DNA of 64,000 bases, taken from NCBI RefSeq assembly GCF_964355755.1, contig NC_092673.1:35027648-35091647 (forward strand). Direction: 5' to 3'. The position numbers and the translations under genes were made by a program. The DNA comes from Antedon mediterranea. Taxonomy: Eukaryota; Animalia; Echinodermata. The notes beneath the pieces are model-generated. The model did not search any database. It worked only from the letters and a program-made list of their open reading frames with translations, and was not told the DNA's origin. Of the stretch, positions 48,001 to 59,433 are shown piece by piece. How positions within the stretch are numbered: the first letter of the stretch is position 1; the number at the start of each line of letters is the position of its first letter.

Positions 48001-48738
48001 AAAATTGAACAAGTCATTATACGGGCTTAAACAGTCAGGTCGAAATTGGAATCAGCTGCTGCACAACCACTTGAAGAGTAATGATTTTAAAAGAAACCCA
48101 GCAGACTACTGTGTATATACAAAACGCAACAAAGATGACTTAGTAATTGTTGTAATATGGGTTGACGATATATTAATTGCAGCCACAAATGAGAATGTAC
48201 TTAGTGATTTTAAGGCAAATATGAAAAATGAGTTTAAATGTGCTCATATTTCATGTGATAACCAAGGTGCTATAGCATTAAGCAGAAACCCAGTGCAAAG
48301 ACAAAGGTCTAAGCATACAGATATACGGTATCATTTCATAAGGGATGTCTTAAAAGATGGACAAATAGATATCCAGTATTGTCCAACAGAAGACATGGTG
48401 GCAGATATTTTAACCACACCAGCCACCAAGGTTAAACTAGAAAAATTCAAAATATTTCTATTTGGAGAATAGTTGATGTTAAAAATGTTACATTGTTGTA
48501 TTGAATTTTGTGTGTTATTTTTGTAGTGGTTTAAGATTATGAGGTGATGTGGGGGTGTTAAGTTATCCCCTCATATATAATGCACCTTTGACGTGCCATA
48601 CTGTCATTATTCGCGGGTCTCTTTTTGTGGTGAAACCTCGTGAGATGATAAATAAAACACACTTTGCTCTTTAATTTCCGTAGTTTCTGTATTATTATTT
48701 CTATATATTCCCGATTCCAGGTTACAATGGATTCAACA
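45011..48738 (+). mobile_element. Ty1/Copia LTR retrotransposon, 3728 bp, internally deleted
   Basis: 183-bp TG..CA LTRs at 45011-45193 and 48556-48738, 5-bp TSD CAATT, copia-type PBS GGTTATGGGCCCAG at 45194, and a purine-rich PPT ending GGGGG at 48555. Confidence 0.97.
45182..48472 (+). CDS. Copia Gag-Pol polyprotein (Gag, CCHC knuckle, protease, integrase, truncated RT/RNase H)
   Basis: CYECGSPNHLIKDC, ILVDTGCTSH, WHR.LGH..C..C, VHSDL/RTDNGGEY/NGTAER integrase, GKPCY/SKRGIFLGY, QMDVKSAYL, LYGLKQSGRNW, WVDD, CDNQGAIAL and KHTDIRYHF. The domain order INT-RT is Copia-type. Confidence 0.93.
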   Translation: MDSTGYGPSRFQRLLFNGDEEKYELWEVKFLGYLNTLKPALKSTITSTQPEPATDDDNHKNEKAYSELIQFLDDKSLSLIINDATDDGRKALSILRTEYSSKSKPKVVQLYTKLTTLEMGEEDCTSFIIRVEKIITSLQRAKETPSDALLTAMVLKGLPGAYAPFKIYINTQEKDISFVEFKTSLRKFAESEKLNTPESNNDRVMKVGNPQNSRKCYECGSPNHLIKDCPTKTCKYHKNANHLDKDCFRNKPKDQIKKAEDGFEHSFFFQVSENITCQDGILVDTGCTSHVVNDREKFSSFDPTFKSLNHTIELADGSVAKGVAVKRGHAHINLIDENNEKVETVLKNSLYIPTYPHNIMSARAATTTGARVTLSKEENTITNAGRTFKMSIIDNLYYLPTTSAPREVDKLSLVKDLQYWHRVLLGHCNFDDVLKLEKVVDGMEIKGSKVKETCNICTEGKFVNVRNREPDKRANCPLALVHSDLAGPISPLAKDEFKYAISFTDDHSGFVFVYFLRMKSDAAAATKQFLSDCAPIGKVKCLRTDNGGEYVSSDFKSLMTDRGIKHEFSSPNSPHQNGTAERNWRTLFEMGRCLLLESSLPKSLWTYAVRAATYIRNRCFNQRLNKTPFETMTGYKPNLGKMHIFGKPCYAYIHNSKKLEPKSKRGIFLGYDSSSPAYLIYDPNTGKVQKFRLIKIISDQTSNTNQQTQTDESDETNVNLEDNENTNESQIIEHENTPNVNNYDNLEENDNNGVDIDDAHRRYPQRERKYPNYLQEYETEFDSDDSIYHMSCQNVPLTYTEATNSQYSESWKRAMDEELQSLKDNNTFKIVTLPNDKHLIGGIWVFAIKESAEGNHTYKERYVAKGFNQIKGIDYHETFSPTANLTSIRTLMQISVQHNLIVHQMDVKSAYLNADIDTEIYLSQPEGYEIKSENGEKLVLKLNKSLYGLKQSGRNWNQLLHNHLKSNDFKRNPADYCVYTKRNKDDLVIVVIWVDDILIAATNENVLSDFKANMKNEFKCAHISCDNQGAIALSRNPVQRQRSKHTDIRYHFIRDVLKDGQIDIQYCPTEDMVADILTTPATKVKLEKFKIFLFGE

Positions 48739-49066
48739 CAATTATCCACTGTATATCCACCATCTTTTTTCACCTTCTAGGGAGTCACCAGACATGTTAT
48801 TACATTAGGTTAACTACCTAACTACTGAAAAAAAGTCTTTCTGGTTTTTATGGAAGAATTTTGCCAACTTTTGTATTTGACCATATTTATGTTTTTTCGT
48901 CTTGATTTCTGTTACAAATATTTGATTTTATGTACATTTAACCAAATATATTTAAAATTCATGCCTGTACCACCTGAGCTTTAAAACCATACCAGTTGTG
49001 ACGGGTTTCCCATTTGGGAAAGGCGAGAACATTCGATTGAAAAATAGGGTAGATTTTTGGCCGTTT

Positions 49067-50680
49067 ATAGTCATAGTCATATATACTTTATTGTCCATTT
49101 AAAAAACAGAAATGTGATTTGAAAACTGGCAAAATACAAAAATATAAAATACAATTTACAAAAACACACACAAAAAGTTAAGAGGCTAAAAATTGTTAAA
49201 ATTAGATAAAAATTATCGGTTACAATTACATTTTACCTTTGTACTCTGGAGTTATATAAGTGTATAGCATTAGGTACAAACGAGCACCTAAACCGTTTTG
49301 TTTTGGTATTAAGTGCACGTAGTCTTATGCCAGAATTCATGAGAGCAAATTGTTTGTGAAGAGGATGTGTTTCATCATCAATGATACTTTTTACTTTTTT
49401 AACACATTTTCTTTATACAAGGATTCAACATCAGGTAAGTGCTCTCCTAGTCTAATTGCTCTATTTCCTATTCGATTAAGTTTAATTTTATCTTTTTGCA
49501 TTGTATTACCATAAAAACAAACATTACAAAAAAGTATTACACTGAGAATTACAGAGTTATAAAACAATTTAAGTATAGTTTTGTCAATTTGTAGGTACTT
49601 CATTTTTCTTAAAATAAACATCCTTTGGTTGGCTTTGCATGTGGCTTTATTTACATTATTTATCCAATTTAGCTTATTGTCAATTATACAACCCAGATAT
49701 TTGTACTCATTTACTACTTCAATCTCATTTTCATTTATAATCAGAGGTTCTAAGGGTTCTTTAATTTTCCTAAAATCAATTTGCATTTCTTTTGTTTTCT
49801 TTATGTTTAGTTTCAGGTTGTTATTGCAGCACCAGTGATAAAAATCACATCCTAGTTGTCTATAGCTTGTTTCATCATTGCCAGTAATGTATCCAGTGAT
49901 GACTGTGTCATCTGCATATTTTACTATACAACATTCATTTGAATTGGCTCTGAAACTGCTGGTGAACAGTGAAAACAACATTGGGGAGATAACAGACCCT
50001 TGTGGCATGCCAATGCTAACAGTTCTTTTATCAGATAAAATACCGTTTAGTTTAACATACTGGAACCTTTTTGTTAAGAAATTATATATCCATGAAGTCA
50101 ATGTGTCGTTTACGTTCATTTCTTTAAGTTTGCGTACTAATGAACCAGGTTCAACGGTATTAAAAGCACTAGAAAAATCTATATACAAACATCTTACATA
50201 TGATTTAGGCACATCTAAATGTTGGTAAATATTATGTAAGTGGAAGAGCACAGCATCTTCAACACTTCTATTACTCTGATAGGCAAATTGGAGAGGATCG
50301 AGAAACAATTTGGTCTGATCAAGCAACTGCCTAAGTACAATCTTTTCTAGGCACTTACCAACATTGGATGTGATAGCTATTGGCCTATAGTCATTAAGTT
50401 CCTTGGGATTTTTTATCTTAGGAATAGATGAGATACAGGCCGTTTTCCATTGATTGGGCACTGTACCACTTGCTAAACTCTCATTAAAAAGTTTGGTATA
50501 TATCGGTGCCAACTCTTGGTTGCAGTATTTAATAACACGATTTCCAATTCCATCAGGGCCAGTACTTTTACCAGGCTTTACTTTGGCGAATACATTACGC
50601 ACATCAACTACATTTATGACTGCATTGTTTACTAATGAAGTCTCATTTTCGCGGATTTCTGTGTCTTCATTTTCATTTTT
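49067..50680 (-). mobile_element. 5'-truncated non-LTR retrotransposon (Rex1/Babar- or L2/Crack-like RT)
   Basis: ORF 50602-49391 has GPDG, YRPIAITS, DPLQFAY, DFSSAFNT, PQGSVISP and KYADD. A frameshifted C-terminus follows (HPLH..SG..RF..SFVPNAIHLYN), then AATAAA and a short (TATGAC) tail near 49070-49093. Confidence 0.92.
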
Positions 50681-51959
50681 GGTAACTAAACGACTGAAAC
50701 CGTCAGAATTTCACACAAAACCTTACAACATTGTCTATAAAAACGTCAAAATTTATGTATTTTGGAACAAAATTAAGTTTTAATAATTAAGGACAAGTAA
50801 ACTATAATAGTTGAATATGTCGAATATGTAAAAAAAAAAAAATTATTTTAAGTCAAAATTGACTATTCCAACTTTCAAAGCTAATTATAGCAATTTAGCT
50901 TTTGCGACACAAGGCTCCTTTCGTGTGGTGACGCGACCCATATGAGTTTATTCTGCGCCTCCTTCATGAACCACGATTGATAAGCAGACTAACGACAGAT
51001 TTTGATTCTAGATTTGCATGTGTTTGTAAAAAAACCGCTGTAGAGGCCTACGTGAGTAAACTTAGTATCTTGAAATAAATCACTTTTGATAAAGTGATAT
51101 TTTGTTTGTGTTTTACTAATAACTAAATTATAACCAGGGAGTTGTTAGTAACCAATGAATGCCAGTAAAGTAATGCTGTAGACTACTATAGTGTAGCAAT
51201 CGAAAGGTTGAGACATATAGGCTAGGCGGGAAGGCTAGGCCTACTATATTTTATAGGCCTAGGCCTAATTATGAAATCGTTAAAAAGTACAAAATAGTAT
51301 TCTTTCCCGTTACTACTGATAATTATATAAATGTTATATACTGTAGTTGCAAGTGATTGTATGTATTAAAGATGTATTGTCCCCCTGAACAAATAATTGT
51401 TAAAAATATTTTTGTTAAATAGGCCATTTAATGATACATAAAAGTTATTCACTTTGAAATAAAATTTGATGGAAAAAAATGTTTATTTACCTGAGAAAGT
51501 CGTAATTTAAAGTAAAAAATAGTCAACCGGAAGTCGGTTGGCTGGCAGCCAGCTGGCTTTTTAGGTGCATGATGAAGAGGTAGTATAATAGTCTCAATAT
51601 GTCTAAATGGGATTCCGAAGTATTTTATTCTATTTAAAATCAAGTAGGCCCTAGTTGAGAGTTGAAACACTGAGTATCACTACAAGTTAATTACAAAGGT
51701 CCTATGGGAAAATGCTTTACCGGTCGATTATTAGTCGATTGGAAATTGATCGTTCTGTTTATTCAACTTAATAATAACAATAATAATTTTCTGGAGTAAG
51801 CAAAGGCCACGCGCCCTAATGTTTATTCCAACATTACCAATAAGATAATAAAAAAAATTGAAAAAAAAAACAAATAAAAACCTAAATGTAAATAAGCATG
51901 AATATACTTGTTTAATCAATTAGCATCTCAGTAAATCCTTCGACAATAATGATTATTAG

Positions 51960-54180
51960 TATTAGTTTCGTACTAATTTCACTTGTGTTCGCCACTCTGT
52001 ACGTCTTTGAGCAAGCATGTGGATAGGTCTGCATGTGAAAAGTTCTGTTTCCTTTTTTATGTTTGCCATCCATGTTGTTTTTGGTCTTCCTTTTGGTCTT
52101 TCTCTGAGCCTCTCCGAGTGCAATCTTAGCTGATGAGTGTTTTCATTTAAACGAACCATGTCAGTCTTCTTTTCCTTATATTCTTACTCCACTCAATCTC
52201 TCCTGTTTTGTTTGTACAATTCTTCATTTTTTATTTTCACCGGCCACCTTATACCTATTATTCCCTAATTTTATTGGGAAGACATCGATTTCACGCTGTA
52301 TGTAGTGATACTGTCATTGTGCACAGTTCACAATTATACAAAAAGATGTTTTACTTGTGATGTACTGTATACTCTACGTTGAAAACTCTCAATTTCAGGT
52401 TTATTGTTATTTTTTCTATTTTAGAGTATGTGATTTATCTTGCTGAATGCTGCTAGAGACATTTTCTGTTATTTACATCCTCTCTGGTTCACAACTTGCT
52501 TCCAAGGAATTTGCAGTCTCGCCAGTTTTCATTTCCCTTCCTTTTTATTTTGAAATCTTCTGTTTTGACAACTTTTAGATTATTGCCATGAAGATATCGT
52601 GCAATGCATTTATTTCATTTATGTATTCTTGTGAGGTAGATACAAAAGATATGTCATCTGCATATTGAATGTTTAATGTGATCCGGTGTATATTGTTCTT
52701 GTCATTGCTCTTTATATGCATATTTGTGTAGGATATGTTCTAGATGTAGTAAAGATAATGGGAATAATAATAATCTGTGGTACTCCTATATGGAACGCCT
52801 CCTCTGCCTTCAGTTCACAATGGTCATGCAGTACACACCAATCGTCATGCAGTACACACCAATGGTCATGCAGTACACACCAATGGTCATGCAGTACACA
52901 CCAATGGTCATGCAGTACACACCAATCGTCGTTCACATTTATCATGCAGTACACACCAATGGTCATGCAGTACACACCAATCGTCATGCAGTACACACCA
53001 ATGGTCATGCAGTACACACCAATCGTCATGCAGTACACACCAAACATCATGCAGTACACACCAATCGTCATGCAGTACACACCAAACATCATGCAGTACA
53101 CACCAATGGTCATGCAGTACACACCAATTGTCATGCAGTACACACCAATCGTCATGCAGTACACACCAATCGTCATGCAGTGAAATATTGCGTAATTTAT
53201 ACCGCCACCTATCGACAAAATCGAATATCACGTGACGTTTATTAGACGGCTGTAAAACTAGGCCATCGACTCTAAGATTTCTTTTATGTTTGACATACTG
53301 TACTTATTTTAACCGCTACACATCTCTGTGAATGCTCTGTTTTTTATATATACAATAATTTATTATGCGAGACACAGGCGCGGCTAGGAGGCCATTGCAA
53401 TTATTGAATTCCATAAAAGAAGTTTAAATAGTCTTAGTTTTACAGCCGTCTAATAAAACTCACGTGATATTCGATTTTGTCGATAGGTGGCGGTATAAAT
53501 ACGCAATATTTGACTGCATGACGATTGGTGTGTACTGCATGACGATTGGTGTGTACTGCATGACAATTGGTGTGTACTGCATGATGTTTGGTGTGTACTG
53601 CATGACGATTGGTGTGTACTGCATGACGATTGGTGTGTACTGCATGACGATTGGTGTGTACTGCATGATAAATGTGAACGACGATTGGTGTGTACTGCAT
53701 GACAATTGGTGTGTACTGCATGACCATTGGTGTGTACTGCATGACGATTGGTGTGTACTGCATGACGATTGGTGTGTACTGCATGACGATTGGTGTGTAC
53801 TGCATGATGTTTGGTGTGTACTGCATGACGATTGGTGTGTACTGCATGACGATTGGGGTGTACTGCATTACGATTGGTGTGTACTGCATGATAAATGTGA
53901 ACTGAAGGCAGAGGAGGCGTTCCATACTCCTATGCTTGATTCGATAGGGTTCTGAGATCTACTTGTTCTATTAAGATTTTTATGATTCTTCTGGTTCAAG
54001 GATGTGATATATTATATCAATTATATTAATTTGTCCTGTCTACAGTATCAAAAGCACTGGTCATGTCTAACATGAGTACATTTATTCCGTAGTCTGATGA
54101 TTTTATTGCTTTTTCTGATGTAATTGCTTTTTTTCGTACTAATAATTATAGTAATCTCTTCTTGTTCCATAGTGTTACCA
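51960..54180 (-). pseudogene. Degenerate RTE-like LINE, interrupted by the foldback element
   Basis: Minus-strand LDMTSAFD (~54050-54072), IESSIGVPQ split across the insertion, QYADDI (~52650-52667) and C-terminal RPKGRPKTTW (ORF 51962-52159). Confidence 0.75.
52790..53925. mobile_element. Foldback element, 1136 bp, ~470-bp TIRs containing 21-bp tandem repeats
   Basis: Termini ATGGAACGCCTCCTCTGCCTTCAGTTCACA / TGTGAACTGAAGGCAGAGGAGGCGTTCCAT. (TGCAGTACACACCAATCGTCA)n occurs in opposite orientation in each arm. Direct repeat ACTCCTAT at 52782-52789 and 53926-53933. Confidence 0.93.
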
Positions 54181-54230
54181 TGGTAATTCTAATGAGAATG
54201 TTTATCTATATACTATGTTTTTTTCTTAGA

Positions 54231-55810
54231 ATGACTGAAACTCAAGTAGAATGCCCTTCTTCAAGTTCTGATGTAATAGAAAGTAAGTTATTCTACTATC
54301 TGTAATATACATACTTGTTAATAACCGGAAATTCCCATAATGAGCTTTATTTAGTGATAACCGTCTTGATCTTTATCTTCAGTAAATTAACGTGACTTCC
54401 AGATTCATAAAAAACAGCAAGAAAAAGAACCATAATAAGTCTTTAGGAACAAACCTATATCAGAACCGTGCATTCAAATGGTAGGCCTACAATAAATCTA
54501 TTAATCTTTTCTACTTGCATTGTAATACTTCTTCGTTATTTATAATAGGTAGGATACGTAAGGGAAAGAAGCGCCATGCAGTAGATGATTTTAATGGTAA
54601 AATTACAATGTTATTTTCTTTAGTTTTTATGGTTAATTCTGACATAGGCGAGCACAATGGAAAAACTTCGGTACAAATCTCTGCCTTGAATACCTACCTG
54701 ATCTATCTCAGATGTACCGTGAAATGTAAATTTGATAACATTAGTTTTCACTATTACGATATTGTTCCATATTTCTATCTTAGGAAGATATTATAAAGAG
54801 TTTTTAAAGAAAATTTCTGATTTAATCGGTAGAAACTCAATTTCAATTGTACGCGGGTCGAAGTATTTTCCGGGTTCACAATGAGTTCACATTGCAACCA
54901 GGGAGGTGAAAATATAATGTATACCTCCCTGTTGCAACAACCTGGTTTCAACTAAGTCGGCCGTTATTTTTGTTTATTTTCGGAACAGACCGCGCGTATG
55001 TGAAGGTACAGTATAGTTTAAAAAAAAAAAATATTTTATCGTGTATATTTACAGTATAGAATTGTTATTTATTTAATCTATACAGTAGTACTGCACAATG
55101 AATTTGCTATATATTGTTAACTAGCGAATATGATCCATTAAGAAAGGGCTGGCATTAAATAGCATTTTATCCACGATATTGTCCAATAAATTAAATTATA
55201 AAGATTAGCTAAATAAAATGAAATTGGAAAAATGTGATTTCAAGTCATGTGTGATACTTATAATCATCATTTTTATATCTCTAAAGAACATTCTACAAAA
55301 CATTTCGATGATCTGATGGTTGATGTTAATTCATTCTGGAAAAAGTATGGAAATGTTAGTTTACTAAAGTTGTTACTCTTGGAGTTTCAAGGACAAACAT
55401 CAGTAATTGCAATAGAGAAGGGATCGAAGGCAGATGATCTGTTCAAACTACTAGTTGGTCCAGGAATTCTCAACGATTCCGATGTAACAGTTCTTATTGA
55501 GGCTGTCTATCTGAGTTGTTTAGTGGGTTTAGAATCAAAGATCAAGAATAGAGTACCGTCATTTAAAGGATTCCAGAGTTTTGTTGTTTGTAAATTCTCC
55601 AAGCATCGACAAAATTTAGTTGAATTGGGATTCACAATAAGCTCTGCAAAAATGGAACGCATCAACGAATTTTACGATGTTGAGCCAAAAGACCAATGGG
55701 ATTTGATCTTCAAAATTGAAATATTAGGTAAATTGCCATCTTTAGTTGAAAAACTTAAACAAGAAAACATGATGGAGGAGTATGAAATCATAACATCATC
55801 GGATAACTAA
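54231..55810 (+). CDS. Small death-fold (tandem DED-like)-only protein, ~207 aa; exons 54231..54282, 54549..54596, 55287..55810
   Basis: ORF 55247-55810 aligns by eye with the NLR first exon (KFSKHRQNLVELG / MLTSSRQKIFKLG; PKDQWDLI / PKKYQDSWSLI). Two upstream mini-exons have AG/GT sites and phase-1 junctions, totalling 624 nt. TAA stop; AATAAA at ~56267. Confidence 0.72.
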
Positions 55811-56789
55811 ATTGTGTTTAGTGCCAGTCTAACAACTTTGGTTATATGCCTATACATTAATGTCATTAATATGTTTTAGTATAGAAAGCTTGGGGTTCAG
55901 TAGGCCCTATTATTGTATAACTTTTATTTTTTTTTATTGTATTACATATCTTGTATATTGCTCGTTTGTAACTGTCATACTGTAAATGTCCTCATTTTAT
56001 AAAACATTATGCAGAGACAAGAGTTTACAATTTTTTTTAACAAAAATTTGAAAATGTAAAAAAAAAATGTACTAAAGCGCTGCAAGTTTAAAATACAAAA
56101 TAAACTGAATCTAATCGTGATAAATGAATTCATACAGCAGGTAAACAATTCAAAACAATTCAACTAATTGTAACAAGAACAAATCTATTCAATGTGTATA
56201 TTTAAATTTAATGGCTCTATTACAATTTTTAGTTAGGTAATTTATTTTTACTACAAATACTTTTACAATAAAGATATTCGTTTTCCATGATGTGTATGAA
56301 AGTTTCTTAACTATTAAATTAAATGGCAAATAGTATTATATTTTACAATTTGCAATGTAATTTAATATTCAAGACACTTTCTATAAATTTGTAACAACTT
56401 TTGCTTGACTTAATATTCTTCGTCATTCCACGGGATAAGGAAATTTTTCTAGTTTAATTATTTAGTAAGTATACATTTTTAAATTAAATTTAACTCTATT
56501 TTTGTAAATATAAATATTTTTGTAATTTTCTGTGTTACTTACCAGCAATTCTATATCAACATGAATTTATTTGGGACAGACAAAATAAAGTAAAAATAAT
56601 TTTAAATTTGTTAAGTTAATAATAGATTTAGTCCATGGACCAGACATTTTTTCAGTATCAAATTGGTGGCAAATGCTACCATACATTTTTGGAAAGCTTA
56701 ATATGTCTACTTTTCAGAAATCCATGATAGCAATGCCAATTGTACAGCTTAATAGTCATTTTTTAGGATTATATACTGAAAATATGCAA

Positions 56790-58340
56790 CAAAAAATTTT
56801 GGGGTAGGGGTAACACTTTTGCTAATAACTTTGGATTTAATTAACATATTTGCATTTTCTTGGTATCAATATGTAGTGTATAGGTAATATATTTTTCTAA
56901 GTAAATCCAACAATTATTGACGTCATTAGAGGTCAGAAGGTCATTGAACTTTAATAATAAAAAAAATTTTTTTTTTTTCTAATTATAACTTTCAGTTTGT
57001 AACAAAAAAAAATACAATAGATGTTATGCAAACTGATGTTTTCATGAACATATAGATCCAACAAACAGGAAAATTGAAGTTAAAGATAAAAAAAATATGA
57101 ATATGATGTGTATTATGAAGAAATTTGTTGTTTCTAGTAATTTGTAATCGTTTACAATTATGGGGTAGGGGGTAACATTTTTACGAATAACTTACAATTT
57201 AGTTAACAGATTTGCATTTTCTTGCTATCAGTATGTAGTGTATAGATTTCCTAATTGTAATATACTTTTTAAAAATGAATCCCGCATTTATTGACATCTT
57301 TAGAGGAAAAAAAGGTCACTGACCTTTAATCAAAAATGCAATTTCTTCTAAAATAGCTTATAAATTTACACAAATACAGGAAATCTTATGCAAACTAATG
57401 TTTTCTTAAACCTATAGACACAATAAATAAGAAAATTGAAGTTTACATTTTTTCAAAAATGAATATGCTGGTCATTATAAAGAAATGTTTTTGTCATTAG
57501 TAATTTGTGACAATTATGGGGTAGGGGGTAACATTTTTGCAAATAACTTAAGATTTAGTTAAACAGATTTACATTTTCTTGTTATCAGTATGTAGTGTAT
57601 GGATTTCTTTATTGTAATATGCTTTTAAAAAATGAATCCAACATCTATTGATGTATTTTAGAGGTCAAAGGTCAATGACCTTTAATCAAAAATGCAATTT
57701 CTTCTAAATTAGCTTATAAATTTCAATTTTAAACACAAAAATACAAGATATCTTATGCAAAGTAATGTTTTCTTAAACCTATAGACACAATAAATAAAAA
57801 ATTGAATTTAACAAACAAATATTCTGTGAATTTATGAGGACATTCTGTCTGTTAATAGTAATATATTATTAACAATTATAGGGTAAGGGTTACATTTTTC
57901 CTAATAAATTTGTATTTAGTGATCACATTTGCATATTTTTTGTATTAATATGTACTGTGTAGGTTGCCTAATTGTTATATTCATTGTGAAAAAATAAAAC
58001 GTAACATATATTGACATCTTTGTAGGTCAAATGGTCATTGAACATTTAAAGAAATGCAATTTCGTCCAAATGTAACATTAATAAAGTTTCAATATTTAAC
58101 ACAAAAATACAGCAAATCTAACCTTTTTTTTCAACCTATAAAGACAATGGACAAGAAATTGAAGTTAAAGATTAAAAACAAATAAACATGTGTAATAATA
58201 TTAGGAAATATGACCGTAATAGTAATTTGTAATTATTAAAAATTATGGGGTAAGAGGTAACATTTTTGAATTTAGTGAACAGATTGTGCATTTCTTGGAA
58301 CCAATAAGTAGTATATAAACTGTTTAATTGCTATATATTA
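56790..58340. repeat. Diverged ~360-bp tandem array (~5 copies), probably an arm of a TAGTCC-terminated DNA element starting ~56629
   Basis: TGGGGTAGGGG(G)TAACA-like motif at ~56800, 57161, 57517, 57879 and 58246, with shared AGGTCA(T/A/C)TGA(A/C)CTTTAA and GAAAATTGAAGTT motifs. Confidence 0.8.
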
Positions 58341-58729
58341 AAAAATTATCAATTTTAGAAAAAAATTCACCATTTAGTATTGTTATGGGGTACAAAATAA
58401 CATAATGCATTACTTTTTGGGGGGTATACATTATTTGATTTATTATTAATTAAAATAAATTAATTTTAAATATGAGGGTAATAAATATATTTTTGATGTT
58501 TCATTGTTATTAGCCTACATATTGATAATAATAAACATATCCAGCTCCTGTGTTGTAAATTGTTTTTTATAATTTACATATTCCAAACATTCAATTGTCT
58601 ATAGTAATCATAGAAATGACAATTGTTTAGATTAACAATTATATCTTTTATTTGTAACTGATAAGATATTCTAAGGTTATAAATGTTCATCTGGTTTGCA
58701 AAAGCAAATGATATTTTTCTAAACAAAAC

Positions 58730-59350
58730 TTGTCAGCTGCATTTGACACCATCGACCATGCAATACTTCTTAAACGCCTTTCAACTCTCGGTATTACAGG
58801 AAGCGCACTTTCCTGGTTCCGCTCATACCTAACCAACAGGCTCCAATCAATAGTCGTCAATGACAAAACATGTGACCCGAAACCTTTGCATTTTGGTGTA
58901 CCACAGGGGGTTTTGGGCCCTCTGCTGTTTACCATCTATATTTCACCCCTTGGACAACTCATTAGACGCCACAATTTAAGATTTCACCAATATGCCGATG
59001 ATAATCAACTGTACCTGCCATTTGTTAAATCGGATTCTAGCTCTGCTGTCAGTTCTGTTGAACAATGTGTAAATGAAATTAAGCAATGGATGACCGTTAA
59101 CAAACTTAAACTTAACGACCAGAAAACAGAAGTCATTCTTATTTGCTCTTTGACATATCACCTCTCCCATTCGACCATATTAACGTTGGCAGCTCAACTG
59201 GGTGAAATCAGCAAAGAATATTGGCGTCACTTTTGATGAAAGACATACCTTTAAACAACATATCTCTAATACTTATCGAGCGATTTACTTTTATCTCAGA
59301 AAAATTAACCACATCAGGAAATATTTATCTCCGGAATCATGTAAAACCAT
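58730..59350 (+). pseudogene. L2/CR1-type LINE reverse transcriptase fragment (truncated, frameshifted)
   Basis: LSAAFDTIDH, WFRSYL, GVPQG-VLGPLLF, QYADD and LKLNDQKTE; continues as KNIGVTFD in another frame. Confidence 0.88.
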
Positions 59351-59433
59351 AATTACTCTAGTAGCTAGATCAACTTTCGTATGCACTTTGAGGTCCAGAG
59401 AATTTGACTTCAGAAATTGGTTTAGGGTGGTCA

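Noticed and set aside
50900-51060. Possible non-coding first exon/promoter of the DED-like gene (CpG-richer patch ending in C|GTGAGT at ~51052)
   Set aside because: Only a donor-like word and base composition support it, which is insufficient without transcript data.
52686-53955. Multiple His/Cys/Met-rich repeat ORFs on both strands
   Set aside because: By-products of the 21-bp repeats in the foldback arms.
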